DNA from: an uncultured Chromatiaceae bacterium
Lineage (GTDB): Bacteria > Pseudomonadota > Gammaproteobacteria > Steroidobacterales > GCA-2729495
Direction of reading: 5' to 3'
DNA length: 38,041 nt
Assembly (NCBI GenBank): GCA_964587605.1
Contig: CAZPNN010000436.1
Coordinates: forward strand, 1-38,041
In this document: piece by piece, positions 9,524 to 17,980 of the stretch
How the letters are laid out: each line of letters begins with the position of its first letter
How positions within the stretch are numbered: position 1 is the stretch's first letter
Position numbers and translations under genes: made by a program
Notes under the pieces: generated by a model
Told to the model about the DNA's origin: nothing
The model's input: the letters and a program-made list of their open reading frames with translations, nothing else
Databases searched by the model: none

Positions 9524-10213
9524 ATGTCCTTCATCCTGGATGCCCTGCGCAAGAGCGATGCTGAACGGCAGCGCACCGTAACGCCGGGACTCGCCGACGC
9601 TCGCTACGCCGCACCGCGCTCGCGGCGCACTATCTGGTGGCTGCCGATCCTGGTGGTTGTGCTTGCCGCGAACGGGGTCTTCATGGCAATGCAATGGTTT
9701 GACCGTAGTGCTAACGCGCCGGCGCCGGAACCCGTCGTTTCGATCCCGGCCCCAGATACGGAATCACCCCGACCGTCGGACATCCGCCCGCTGGCCCGCG
9801 AAAGTGAGTTCGGCGAACCACTGTTCGAGCCGCCCCTGGAGATTGAGCGCGATCCGCCGATGGTCCAGGAAATGGCCGAGCCGGCGCCGGCGGCGCCCGG
9901 GCCGGCACCTGAATTTGCCGCGGCCGCCGAGGTGCCGGCTGCCCCGGCCAGCGCCAAGCCATCGCGAATCATCGCGGGCAATGAACTGCCGACCACCGAG
10001 CAGTTGATCGGTTCCGGGACGCTGAACATTCCACTGCTGAATCTCGACCTGCACGTCTACAGCAATCAGCCTGCCAGCCGTTTTGTGGTCATCAACACCC
10101 GCAAGTACAAGGAAGGCGAACAACTTAAGGAAGGCCCGACAATTGAAAGCATCACCAGTAACGGGATTGTGCTGTCCAGTCAGGGCCGCCGGTTTACACT
10201 GCTCCGCAAGTGA
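9524..10213 (+). CDS. gspB: GspB/ExeB-like general secretion pathway protein B
   Basis: MSFILDALRKSDAERQR N-terminus, one TM segment, a Pro/Ala-rich linker and a conserved C-terminal domain. It lies directly downstream of exeA. Confidence 0.7.
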   Translation: MSFILDALRKSDAERQRTVTPGLADARYAAPRSRRTIWWLPILVVVLAANGVFMAMQWFDRSANAPAPEPVVSIPAPDTESPRPSDIRPLARESEFGEPLFEPPLEIERDPPMVQEMAEPAPAAPGPAPEFAAAAEVPAAPASAKPSRIIAGNELPTTEQLIGSGTLNIPLLNLDLHVYSNQPASRFVVINTRKYKEGEQLKEGPTIESITSNGIVLSSQGRRFTLLRK

Positions 10214-12045
10214 AACCTCACCTCCCCTTGCGTATCGCCTACCTCGATGGCCGTCGCTTTCAGCGACTGCTGCTCGGGGGCATCTCGCGTCTCATCGGTG
10301 AGCGGGGACACCTGGACCGGATCAACGTCTTTCCGGTACCCGACGGCGACACAGGCACCAATCTCGCACTGACCTTCACTGCCGTTGGCGAGAGGCTGAC
10401 AACCACCTCCACACGCCACGCCGGTGAACTGCTGACCGCGGCAGCCGACGCCGCGCTGGATGGTGCTCGGGGCAATTCCGGCGCCATCTTTGCGCAGTAC
10501 CTGCAGGGACTCAGCGAGTCGCTGGCCGGGCACGAGCGCGTCCGTCCCGAGGAGCTCGCGCTGGCGCTGGCCACCGCCGAAAACTTTGCCCGCAGCGCTA
10601 TCCAGAACCCGGCCGAGGGCACGGTACTGACCGTCATGCGCGACATTGCCGCCGCCGTCGCACCCGGCCAGCTGCCCGAGAAATCCGACTTTCCAACACT
10701 ACTGACGGCGCTGCTCAACCGGGCACGAGAAGCCGTCGCCACCACCCGGAAAACCCTGGCCTCAATGCGCAACGCCGGGGTTGAGGATGCGGGCGCGCGC
10801 GGCCTGCTCGTGCTGCTGGAGGGGATGGCCGACGCCCTGCAGCCGGGCCTCGCGCCCGCCATACCGGCTGTCGAGGACGGTGATCCCGCCGCCCGCAGCG
10901 CCGCCGATCTTGGTCACACCGGTCCGCTGGAACACCGCTATTGCACTGAGTGCCTGATCACGGGCCCGAAGGTCGACCGGGACGGCCTGCGGACCGAACT
11001 GGCCGGCATCGGCAGCAGCGTGGTCGTGGTCGGTGGAGCCACCAAGGCGCGCCTCCACGTGCACGTCAACGACCCGGTTGCTGCCTTCACCATCGCCCGG
11101 CGCTACGGGAAGGTCTCGGCGGAAAAGGCCGACGACATGGAGCGCCAGGAACGTTCGCTGAAGGCCGATGGGCGTCGCGTCGCAATCGTTGCGGACTCCG
11201 GCGCCGATTTGCCGCCCGCCATCTGGGACAAGTTCGGCATTCAGATGGTGCCGCTGCGCGTGAATTTTGGCAGCGAAAGCCACCTCGACAAGGTCGGCAT
11301 GACAGCCGCAGGCTTCTGGGCGGAACTCGGCAGGAATCCCGAGCATCCCAAGACCTCGCAGCCGCCGCCCGGTGATTTTCGCCGCGCCTACGAACTGCTC
11401 TCATCACACTTCGAACACGTTGTGGCAGTCATCCTCACGAGCCGGCTCAGTGGCACCTACCAGGCCGCGCAGTCCGCGGCCAGCCGGATGAGTAAACCCG
11501 GCCAGCTGACCGTTATCGACAGCAAGAACGTCTCGGTCGGGCACGGCCTGGTCATGCTGTGCGCGGCTGAGAATGCCCAGGCGGGCAAGTCCCCCGCGGA
11601 AGTTGTCGCGGCCGCCGAACGGTCGGCGGCCTGCACGCGCACTTACGGCGCGGTGCCGGATCTGAGCTACACAGTGCGGGGCGGCCGCATTCGGCAGCCG
11701 TGGCGCTGGCTGGCTCGCGCGTTGCCACTCAGTTTCCTGCTGGGCACCACCGCGAAGGGCGGCGTCAAGGTCCGGGGAATCCTGCCCCGGGGAGGTGACC
11801 TGGTGTCCGCGCTTCTACGCCTGGTCACCCAGGACCGGCTCCTGAAGTCCGGTTCGGCTTCGTTGCGCCTGGCCATCGCCCATGCCAACGCGCCAGACGC
11901 GGCAGAAGCGCTGCGGATTGCCTGCATCGCGGCCTTTCCGAACCTGGAGTCGATCCTGGTTGCGGATCTCGGCCCGGCCTACAGCGTGCACGCCGGACCG
12001 GGCACGCTCGCCCTGGCCGTTCAGGAATACCAGCCACCCGCCTGA
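10210..12045 (+). CDS. DhaL/DAK2-domain (FakA-like) and DegV (FakB-like) fusion protein
   Basis: N-terminal INVFPVPDGDTGTNL (DAK2/DhaL) motif. The middle region has YCTECLI...ARLHVHVNDP as in YloV/FakA proteins. The C-terminal ~280 aa begin VAIVADSGADLPP, which is DegV-like. The GTG start overlaps the gspB stop (GTGA). Confidence 0.75.
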   Translation: MKPHLPLRIAYLDGRRFQRLLLGGISRLIGERGHLDRINVFPVPDGDTGTNLALTFTAVGERLTTTSTRHAGELLTAAADAALDGARGNSGAIFAQYLQGLSESLAGHERVRPEELALALATAENFARSAIQNPAEGTVLTVMRDIAAAVAPGQLPEKSDFPTLLTALLNRAREAVATTRKTLASMRNAGVEDAGARGLLVLLEGMADALQPGLAPAIPAVEDGDPAARSAADLGHTGPLEHRYCTECLITGPKVDRDGLRTELAGIGSSVVVVGGATKARLHVHVNDPVAAFTIARRYGKVSAEKADDMERQERSLKADGRRVAIVADSGADLPPAIWDKFGIQMVPLRVNFGSESHLDKVGMTAAGFWAELGRNPEHPKTSQPPPGDFRRAYELLSSHFEHVVAVILTSRLSGTYQAAQSAASRMSKPGQLTVIDSKNVSVGHGLVMLCAAENAQAGKSPAEVVAAAERSAACTRTYGAVPDLSYTVRGGRIRQPWRWLARALPLSFLLGTTAKGGVKVRGILPRGGDLVSALLRLVTQDRLLKSGSASLRLAIAHANAPDAAEALRIACIAAFPNLESILVADLGPAYSVHAGPGTLALAVQEYQPPA

Positions 12046-12053
12046 AGCCGCTC

Positions 12054-12827
12054 CTACTCCCGGATCCGGAAGCCGCGATTCAGCATCAGGACGCACGTCC
12101 CGAACAGGACGGCGACACTCAGCACCATCATCAGATACGCGAAGCCGATCGGCACGTCGGACACACCGAGCATCCCGTAGCGGAACGCATTCACCAGGTA
12201 GAGGATCGGATTGAGCCGGGAGATCTGCTGCGCCAGGCCCGGCAACATCTCGATTGAGTAGAACACGCCGCCGAGATAAATCAGCGGCTGCAGGACGAAC
12301 GACGGGATGATGGTGACGTCGTCAAAGTTTCTGGCCACGATACCGTTGATAAGGCCGCCCAGTGAGAAGATGGCGGCACAGAGCAGGAAGACGGAGATTG
12401 TGATCAGAGGGTGCGCAAATGGCAGCGGAGTGAACAGCAGCGCAACGCCCGTCACCGCCAGCCCGACCAACACGCCGCGGATGATTCCTCCCGCCATGTG
12501 CCCGAGAACGATTGTCACATTCGCCATCGGCGCCACGAGCATTTCCTCGAGGTGGCGATTGATCTTCGCCGAGAAGAAAGACGACACCACGTTGCCATAA
12601 GCGTTGGTGATGACGGCCATCATGATCAGGCCGGGGGCTATGTACTGCTTGTAGTCAAAGCCGCCCATTTGCCCGATGCGGCTACCGATCAGGTTGCCGA
12701 AGATGACAAAGTACAGCGCCATGTTGATCGCCGGCGGCAGGATCGTTTGCGCCCAGATCCGCACGACGCGGTGGTACTCCTTCCGGGACAGGGTCGAGAG
12801 GGCGATGGCCTGTTGCCGAAGGCTCAC
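12054..12827 (-). CDS. ABC-2 type transporter permease (YadH-like)
   Basis: 257 aa with about 6 TM segments. It overlaps the upstream ATPase gene by 4 nt. Confidence 0.8.
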   Translation of the reverse strand: MSLRQQAIALSTLSRKEYHRVVRIWAQTILPPAINMALYFVIFGNLIGSRIGQMGGFDYKQYIAPGLIMMAVITNAYGNVVSSFFSAKINRHLEEMLVAPMANVTIVLGHMAGGIIRGVLVGLAVTGVALLFTPLPFAHPLITISVFLLCAAIFSLGGLINGIVARNFDDVTIIPSFVLQPLIYLGGVFYSIEMLPGLAQQISRLNPILYLVNAFRYGMLGVSDVPIGFAYLMMVLSVAVLFGTCVLMLNRGFRIRE

Positions 12828-13783
12828 CGCGGCGCCCCTTTCGACGACTGTCTGCCCGCCGGCGCGGACGGCGCGTTGCGCTCCGTCAGCGTCAGGAACA
12901 GCTCTTCAAGGCGATTGGCCTTGTTGCGCAGGCTTAAGATCTGCACGCCGGCACCAGAGAGCGCCGCAAAGAGCTCGTTCACACTCCGGGTGCGCGGCAT
13001 GGCCACCTCAAGTTCCTGCGGCCCGTTAAGCCGGATCTCGAAACCCGGCAACGACGGCAAGACGTGCACCGGCTCCCGCGGCGTCAGCAGGAATACTTCC
13101 TCGCTGAGCTTGCCCAGCACACCGGTCATTGGCCCCTGCTCGATAACCCGTCCGTGGTCGATGATCGCGATATTCCTGCAAAGGTTCTCCGCCTCTTCCA
13201 GGTAGTGCGTGGTCAGGATGATCGACGTACCGGCGGCATTGAGTTCCCGCAGGAAATCCCACATGGAACGTCGGATCTCGATATCCACGCCCGCGGTGGG
13301 CTCATCCAGGATCAGCAGGCGCGGCTCGTGCACCAGCGCCCGGGCAATCATCAGCCGGCGCTTCATACCGCCGGAAAGCGTCCGTGCGGTGTCATTGCGC
13401 CTGTCCCACAACTGCAGCTGCCGGAGGCACACCTCGGCGCGCTGACGGGCACGGGCGGGGGTCAGGCCATAGAAGCCCGCCTGGTTGACGACGATGTTAT
13501 TGACCTTGTCCCACAGGTTGACGTTGAGCTCCTGGGGAACCACGCCAATGGCGTTCTTGACCGCGTTCAGATCGCGATCGAGGTCGTGGCCAAAAACGCG
13601 AACCGTGCCGCTGGTCTTGGTCACCAGCGAGGTGACGATGCCGATCAGGCTGGTCTTGCCGGCCCCGTTGGGCCCGAGCAGTGCGAAGAAGTCGCCGGTG
13701 GCCACCGCAAGGTCGATTCCGTCCAGCGCGCGAACGCCGTTGGCGTAAACCTTGGTGAGCCTCCGAACCGAGAGCGCGTGCAT
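12824..13783 (-). CDS. ABC transporter ATP-binding protein (YadG-like)
   Basis: Walker A GPNGAGKTS, signature LSGGMKRRL, Walker B LLILDEPT. The ORF extends to 13819, but MHALSVRRLTKVY (ATG 13783) is the typical N-terminus. Confidence 0.85.
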   Translation of the reverse strand: MHALSVRRLTKVYANGVRALDGIDLAVATGDFFALLGPNGAGKTSLIGIVTSLVTKTSGTVRVFGHDLDRDLNAVKNAIGVVPQELNVNLWDKVNNIVVNQAGFYGLTPARARQRAEVCLRQLQLWDRRNDTARTLSGGMKRRLMIARALVHEPRLLILDEPTAGVDIEIRRSMWDFLRELNAAGTSIILTTHYLEEAENLCRNIAIIDHGRVIEQGPMTGVLGKLSEEVFLLTPREPVHVLPSLPGFEIRLNGPQELEVAMPRTRSVNELFAALSGAGVQILSLRNKANRLEELFLTLTERNAPSAPAGRQSSKGAPR

Positions 13784-13831
13784 GGCGCGGCATTGTGCCT
13801 GCTTGCTGCGGCGACACAACGTTGGTGTCTT

Positions 13832-14407
13832 TCAAGTGCGGCTGATGAGCGTGAGCTGGATGAGAGACAGGCGCGTGGCCGTGAGTACCGGGCCAGCCGG
13901 AATGGTGGCGGCCCGCACCAGATCGGGCCACAGGCGCGGATGCCGACAAAACCGCGCCTCAAGGCACTCGGAGGCAACCGCGGCGGTGCGTTGCAGATCG
14001 CGGAAAGCGGCACTGCTGAGATGCTCCACGGTCAGGCTTCCGGGCCCGATGCACAGGGCCGCCAGCAGGCGATCCTGCCGGGCTGTGTGCCACAGCCAGG
14101 CCAGCAGGGAGGCGGCGAACAGGCGCGCGGCATCCGCCTGCGGCCCACGGGCCGCCAGCAACGGCGGTTCCGCTACACCCGGCGCCGTCAACCGCGGGGG
14201 AAGTACCGTAAAGGCCGCCAGCAAACAGGGCGTGGCGGCGACGGCCTCGAGCGCCGCCGGGGCCAGCTGCCGGAGCCGCTGCCGTACGGCCGGGTCCAGG
14301 CCGTAAGCCGCTCCGGGGCTGCCATCGGCACGGATCAGCTCCAGAAACTCGCGGTTGAACTCGTGAATTTCCCGGCGAACCTGTGAATCGGGCCATTTGC
14401 TCGCCAT
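13832..14407 (-). CDS. Hypothetical protein, tentatively FlhD-like (possibly two tandem FlhD-like repeats)
   Basis: The probable start is ATG 14407; the 5' ORF extension crosses the AT-rich promoter region. YGLDPAVRQRLRQLAPAALEAVAATPCLLAAF resembles E. coli FlhD [34 protein letters not shown]. A second similar stretch is GPGSLTVEHLSSAAFRDLQRTAAVASECLEARF. The gene is divergent from the FlhC-like gene and lies 48 nt upstream of the ABC exporter genes. Confidence 0.45.
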   Translation of the reverse strand: MASKWPDSQVRREIHEFNREFLELIRADGSPGAAYGLDPAVRQRLRQLAPAALEAVAATPCLLAAFTVLPPRLTAPGVAEPPLLAARGPQADAARLFAASLLAWLWHTARQDRLLAALCIGPGSLTVEHLSSAAFRDLQRTAAVASECLEARFCRHPRLWPDLVRAATIPAGPVLTATRLSLIQLTLISRT

Positions 14408-14442
14408 TTGCACACTTCCCCCGGGTGACCAGACTGTACTAT

Positions 14443-14464
14443 AAATGGTCCGAATCGACCAAAT
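14443..14464. promoter_or_regulatory. Operator-like site 1: AAATGGTC-N6-GACCAAAT
   Basis: Inverted repeat (core TGGTC/GACCA) in the AT-rich divergent intergenic region. It is adjacent to a minus-strand TATAGT (14438-14443). Confidence 0.4.
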
Positions 14465-14483
14465 AAACATTCTTATCACCATG

Positions 14484-14505
14484 ATTTGGTCCAAATGGAC
14501 CAAAT
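14484..14505. promoter_or_regulatory. Operator-like site 2: ATTTGGTCC-N4-GGACCAAAT (perfect 9-bp arms)
   Basis: Perfect palindrome arms seen directly. It shares the TGGTC..GACCAAAT core with site 1, with centres about 41 bp apart. It lies just upstream of the FlhC-like RBS and start. Confidence 0.45.
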
Positions 14506-14526
14506 CTATTGAAAGTCGAGGGAAAC

Positions 14527-15078
14527 ATGCGTGCCACAGACAACCGCTACGCGGGCGAACGGGAGCGCTTCGACCTGGCCATCCGGATGATCGGGCACGA
14601 GGCCCGGACGGGCACGATCCGCCAGTGCACGGGATTCACCGAGGACCGGATCCGGAAGATTTACGCCAGTTACTTCCCGGGTGGCGACAACGTGCGTCGG
14701 CGCCGTGGCAAGACCCCCAGCCAGATCGCCCCGTTTGTCAGCTCGGCCCGCCGGCAGGGCGAAGCCAGCCTGCTGATCGGCCTGTTCGTCGTTTCCGAAG
14801 TCATGCAGCCGGACGGGGACAGCCGCACGCTGCGGGCCGTCGCCGAGACGGGGGTCAAGCTGGGCAACGGGCTGTGCGATGCCTTCGAGGCATACCGGGC
14901 GATGCACCCGGAGCCGCAGCTGTCCTTCGAATGGACCTGGAATCTGTACCGGTGCGTGGTGTCACGGCGGGAACTGCAGCTCGCCTGGTGCGCGCTGTGC
15001 GAAGGGCCGTACGTGCAGGATGCCTACGCCCTCGACTACCGGCGCTGCCCGTTTTGCGAAGTGAAAGATCATGCGTAA
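14527..15078 (+). CDS. FlhC-family transcriptional regulator (non-flagellar context)
   Basis: [33 protein letters not shown] aligns with E. coli FlhC [65 protein letters not shown] aligns with [31 protein letters not shown]. The zinc-site pattern CxxC-N15-CxxC is conserved. ATG 14527 is preceded by GAGGGA; the ORF track starts at TTG 14509. Confidence 0.7.
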   Translation: [183 protein letters not shown]

Positions 15079-15087
15079 CCTGACCGG

Positions 15088-16020
15088 ATGATTCGCGTCA
15101 CCTTCACGGGCTCGGGTGTGGAGCGCTTTTCCGCGCTGCGCCAGCAGCCGGAGGCACTCGCGGCGGCCTTTGCCGAACCGGAGGCGCGTTTCGTGCCGAT
15201 CTGGCAATCGCGCTGCCTGCTTCGCGACGGCGCTATCGCGGTCTGCCAGCGGGAAGAGATCGAGGTTTTGGTCACCAGCCCCGAGGGGGCGGTTTTTCTC
15301 GGGCGGCGCGAGGGGCGCGCGCTCTTTGCTGTCGAGGTCCGCGGCGACACACCACCGGCCAATCTCCCGGCCGAGGGCTTTCGTGGCCTGCGCGAAGTCG
15401 TCGGCGAGGTGAGCGCGGCCGACGCGGCGCTGCTGGCCTACGCCCGCGCCATGATTCTCTGGCAGGAGCGCCACCGGCACTGCGGTGTGTGCGGCGCGCC
15501 GAACCGGGCTACCGAGGGTGGCTTTGTCATGGCCTGCACAGGCGACGGCTGCGACCACAAGAGCTTTCCCCGCATCGACCCCGCCGTAATCGTGCTGGTA
15601 CACCGGGGCGAGCACTGCCTGCTCGGCCGCCAGGCCACCTGGCCCGAGGGCCGTTTTTCCACGATCGCCGGCTTCGTCGAACCCGGCGAGTCGCTGGAAG
15701 ACGCCGTAGCCCGGGAAGTCCACGAGGAAACAAATATCCGGGTCGGTGAGTGCCGCTACCTCGCGTCGCAACCCTGGCCGTTCCCGGCCGCGATGATGCT
15801 GGGTTTTCACGCCGAGGCGCTGAGCGAGGACATCCGCTTCAATGATGGCGAACTCGTGGAAGCCCGCTGGCTCACGCGACAGGAGATTCGAGCGGGTGCC
15901 ATCGGCCTGCCGCCGCGCGAGTCAATTGCCTTCCAGTTAATTGAACACTGGTTTGACAGTGACAAGGGTAAGCCCTTGGCCAGCCTTGGTTTCGACAGCC
16001 CAATGTTCCGCCGGCCCTGA
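15088..16020 (+). CDS. nudC: NAD+ diphosphatase / NADH pyrophosphatase
   Basis: Zinc ribbon CGVCGAPN...CTGDGC followed by Nudix box GFVEPGESLEDAVAREVHEETNI. It starts 9 nt after the FlhC-like stop. Confidence 0.85.
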   Translation: MIRVTFTGSGVERFSALRQQPEALAAAFAEPEARFVPIWQSRCLLRDGAIAVCQREEIEVLVTSPEGAVFLGRREGRALFAVEVRGDTPPANLPAEGFRGLREVVGEVSAADAALLAYARAMILWQERHRHCGVCGAPNRATEGGFVMACTGDGCDHKSFPRIDPAVIVLVHRGEHCLLGRQATWPEGRFSTIAGFVEPGESLEDAVAREVHEETNIRVGECRYLASQPWPFPAAMMLGFHAEALSEDIRFNDGELVEARWLTRQEIRAGAIGLPPRESIAFQLIEHWFDSDKGKPLASLGFDSPMFRRP

Positions 16021-16030
16021 CGCTGAACCC

Positions 16031-16792
16031 ATGTGCCTGATCGCCATCGCCTGGAACGCCCATCCGCGTTACCCACTGATCCTGCTCGGTAACCGCGACG
16101 AGTTTCATCAGCGGCCTAGCGTGGCGGCGGACTGGTGGCCGGAAGCACCGGACGTGTTCGGCGGCCGGGACCTTAAGGCCGGTGGGAGCTGGCTCGGCGT
16201 GAGCCGAAGCGGTCGGCTGGCCGTGGTCACGAACAACCCGCTGCGGCCCCCGGCAGCTGACCGTCACCTGAGCCGTGGCGCGCTGGTTCGTGACTGGCTT
16301 ACGGGCACGTCCGCAGCCGGTCCGTTCCTCGACGCCGTAGACAGGGACGAAGCGCGGTACGCGGGCTTCAGCCTGCTGGTTGGCACACTGGATCAGGGAC
16401 TTGAGGGCATCGTCGCGCCGGCCGGCACGCTTGGTGCGCGCTGGCAGTTGCCCGCCGGTATCACGGCACTCTCGAATTCCCCGCGGGAAACGCCGTGGCC
16501 GAAGGTCGGCTGGTTACAGCGCGCGCTCGAAGATTACCTGCGCCGACCCGAGGTCGAGACGGAAGAACTGCTGGCCCTGGCTGGCCGGCGCATGCCGGTG
16601 GCAGAGCCGGCGGGCGACACCCCGCAAGACCGGGCCCGCGTCACGCCGTTTGTCACCGGGACCGACTACGGCACGCGCGCGGCCACCCTGATCCTGGCCA
16701 ATGCGCGTGGCGGCTGGCAGTGCATCGAGCGGCGCTTCGGCCCGGGTGGTGTCCCGGCCGGCGAGTCGCAGGGGCGTCACTCGTCGCCGTAG
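16031..16792 (+). CDS. NRDE-family (TANGO2-like, DUF833) protein
   Basis: N-terminus is MCLIAIAWNAHPRYPLILLGNRDEF. ATG 16031 lies after the nudC stop; the ORF-track 5' extension overlaps nudC. Confidence 0.75.
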   Translation: MCLIAIAWNAHPRYPLILLGNRDEFHQRPSVAADWWPEAPDVFGGRDLKAGGSWLGVSRSGRLAVVTNNPLRPPAADRHLSRGALVRDWLTGTSAAGPFLDAVDRDEARYAGFSLLVGTLDQGLEGIVAPAGTLGARWQLPAGITALSNSPRETPWPKVGWLQRALEDYLRRPEVETEELLALAGRRMPVAEPAGDTPQDRARVTPFVTGTDYGTRAATLILANARGGWQCIERRFGPGGVPAGESQGRHSSP

Positions 16793-16800
16793 GAGTGCTT

Positions 16801-17382
16801 TCAGGTGCGGTGGATCAATTCAGCGACGGCGGCCTGCGCGACTGCCAGCTGTTCGCGGCTGAGCTTCCCGGCGATAACTTCCAGGTTCTGCTGGGCCGAC
16901 GGGTGGCCCTGCAGGGCAGCGAGCGTCCACCACTGATAGACCTCGCCGAGATCCGGTTCCCCCGCGGCGCCGTTGTATAGCAGCGCGCCGAGGTTGAATT
17001 GCGCCTTCGGGTGGCCGGTCGTCGCCGCCATCCGGAAGCAGTGCACGGCGGCGGCTTCATTCTTCGCCACGCCGGTCCCGTTCAGGTACATCAACCCGAG
17101 ATTGACCTGGGCGTCGACATTGCCCTGGTCGGCGGCCCGCCGGTACCACTCCGCTGCGGCCTTCTCGTCCTGGGTGACGCCGTCACCGGAGTCGTACATC
17201 AAACCCAGGTGCAATTGGGCGTCGGCATGACCCTGGTCGGCCGCAAGGCGATACCACCGGGCCGCCTCCGCCGCATCCCGGCCGTCTCTCCCGGCGTTGT
17301 CCTCCCCGTTGTCATGGCGGAGCGCCAGTTCGTACTGGGCCTGGGCGTCGCCGCCGGCAGCGGCTGTGAGTAGTGCTTGCAT
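16801..17382 (-). CDS. Sel1-repeat (TPR-like) protein
   Basis: Four to five repeats of the pattern A..WYR.AADQG...AQ..LG.MY..G.GV.. Confidence 0.8.
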   Translation of the reverse strand: MQALLTAAAGGDAQAQYELALRHDNGEDNAGRDGRDAAEAARWYRLAADQGHADAQLHLGLMYDSGDGVTQDEKAAAEWYRRAADQGNVDAQVNLGLMYLNGTGVAKNEAAAVHCFRMAATTGHPKAQFNLGALLYNGAAGEPDLGEVYQWWTLAALQGHPSAQQNLEVIAGKLSREQLAVAQAAVAELIHRT

Positions 17383-17415
17383 GATGACGTCATTGTAGGG
17401 GCGTGAACCCCGCGC

Positions 17416-17443
17416 TTGACACCCGCAGCGATCTGGATACTAT
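17416..17443 (+). promoter_or_regulatory. Candidate sigma70 promoter for argR (TTGACA-N16-TACTAT)
   Basis: Consensus -35 hexamer and a near-consensus -10 hexamer. It is followed by two TATGYGCAT repeats (17441-17449 and 17461-17469) spaced 20 bp apart. Confidence 0.4.
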
Positions 17444-17478
17444 GCGCATCCCTTCGAGCTTATGTGCATGGAGTACTA

Positions 17479-17943
17479 GTGCCCATTTCGGCCGAACAAC
17501 GCGAGCAGCGGCAGCAGGCGATCCTGAAGATCCTGCGGCGGCAGCACGTGTCGCGGCAGGACGAACTGGTAGATCTGCTTCACAAGCGGGGCATAGAGGC
17601 CACCCAGTCCAGCATCAGCCGGGACCTGCACCAGCTCGGGATTTCCAAACTGGACCAGGAGTACCGGCCGGTTGCCGACGGTGAGGAGGCCGACACCGGC
17701 CGCGAGCTCGACGTGCTGGCGGAGTTCGTGCTCGAAACCCGGACGGCAGGGCCGTACCAGACTGTCGTGAAAACGGCGGTTGGCGCGGCCGGACAGGTGG
17801 CGCTGGCGCTGGACCGCAGTGCCTGGCCGGAGATTGTGGGCACAGTGTCCGGCGACGATACGATTTTCATCGCCACCCGCACGGGCGGCGACCAGCGTCG
17901 GCTCGTGGCAAAACTGCGAGCGCGGTTTAACAGCGGTACCTGA
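17479..17943 (+). CDS. argR: Arginine repressor
   Basis: Winged-helix region ILRRQHVSRQDELVDLLHKRGIEATQSSISRDLHQLGISK and C-terminal GDDTIFIATR. GTG 17479 has GGAG 5 nt upstream and gives about 154 aa; the ORF track starts at 17416. Confidence 0.8.
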   Translation: MPISAEQREQRQQAILKILRRQHVSRQDELVDLLHKRGIEATQSSISRDLHQLGISKLDQEYRPVADGEEADTGRELDVLAEFVLETRTAGPYQTVVKTAVGAAGQVALALDRSAWPEIVGTVSGDDTIFIATRTGGDQRRLVAKLRARFNSGT

Positions 17944-17954
17944 CTTGTGTTTGT

Positions 17955-17980
17955 TGGTTATTGAAACAACTAAATAACTA
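17955..17980. promoter_or_regulatory. AT-rich palindrome TGGTTATT-N10-AATAACTA upstream of argG (candidate ArgR operator)
   Basis: Arms match at 7 of 8 positions. It sits within a 65-bp AT-rich gap between argR and argG in an otherwise GC-rich sequence. Confidence 0.3.

Noticed and set aside
12054-16792. An integrative or conjugative element surrounding the FlhC-like gene
   Set aside because: There is no integrase, relaxase, T4SS gene, tRNA or flanking direct repeats in the window. The neighbours are housekeeping-type genes (ABC exporter, nudC, NRDE). This cannot be excluded without wider context.
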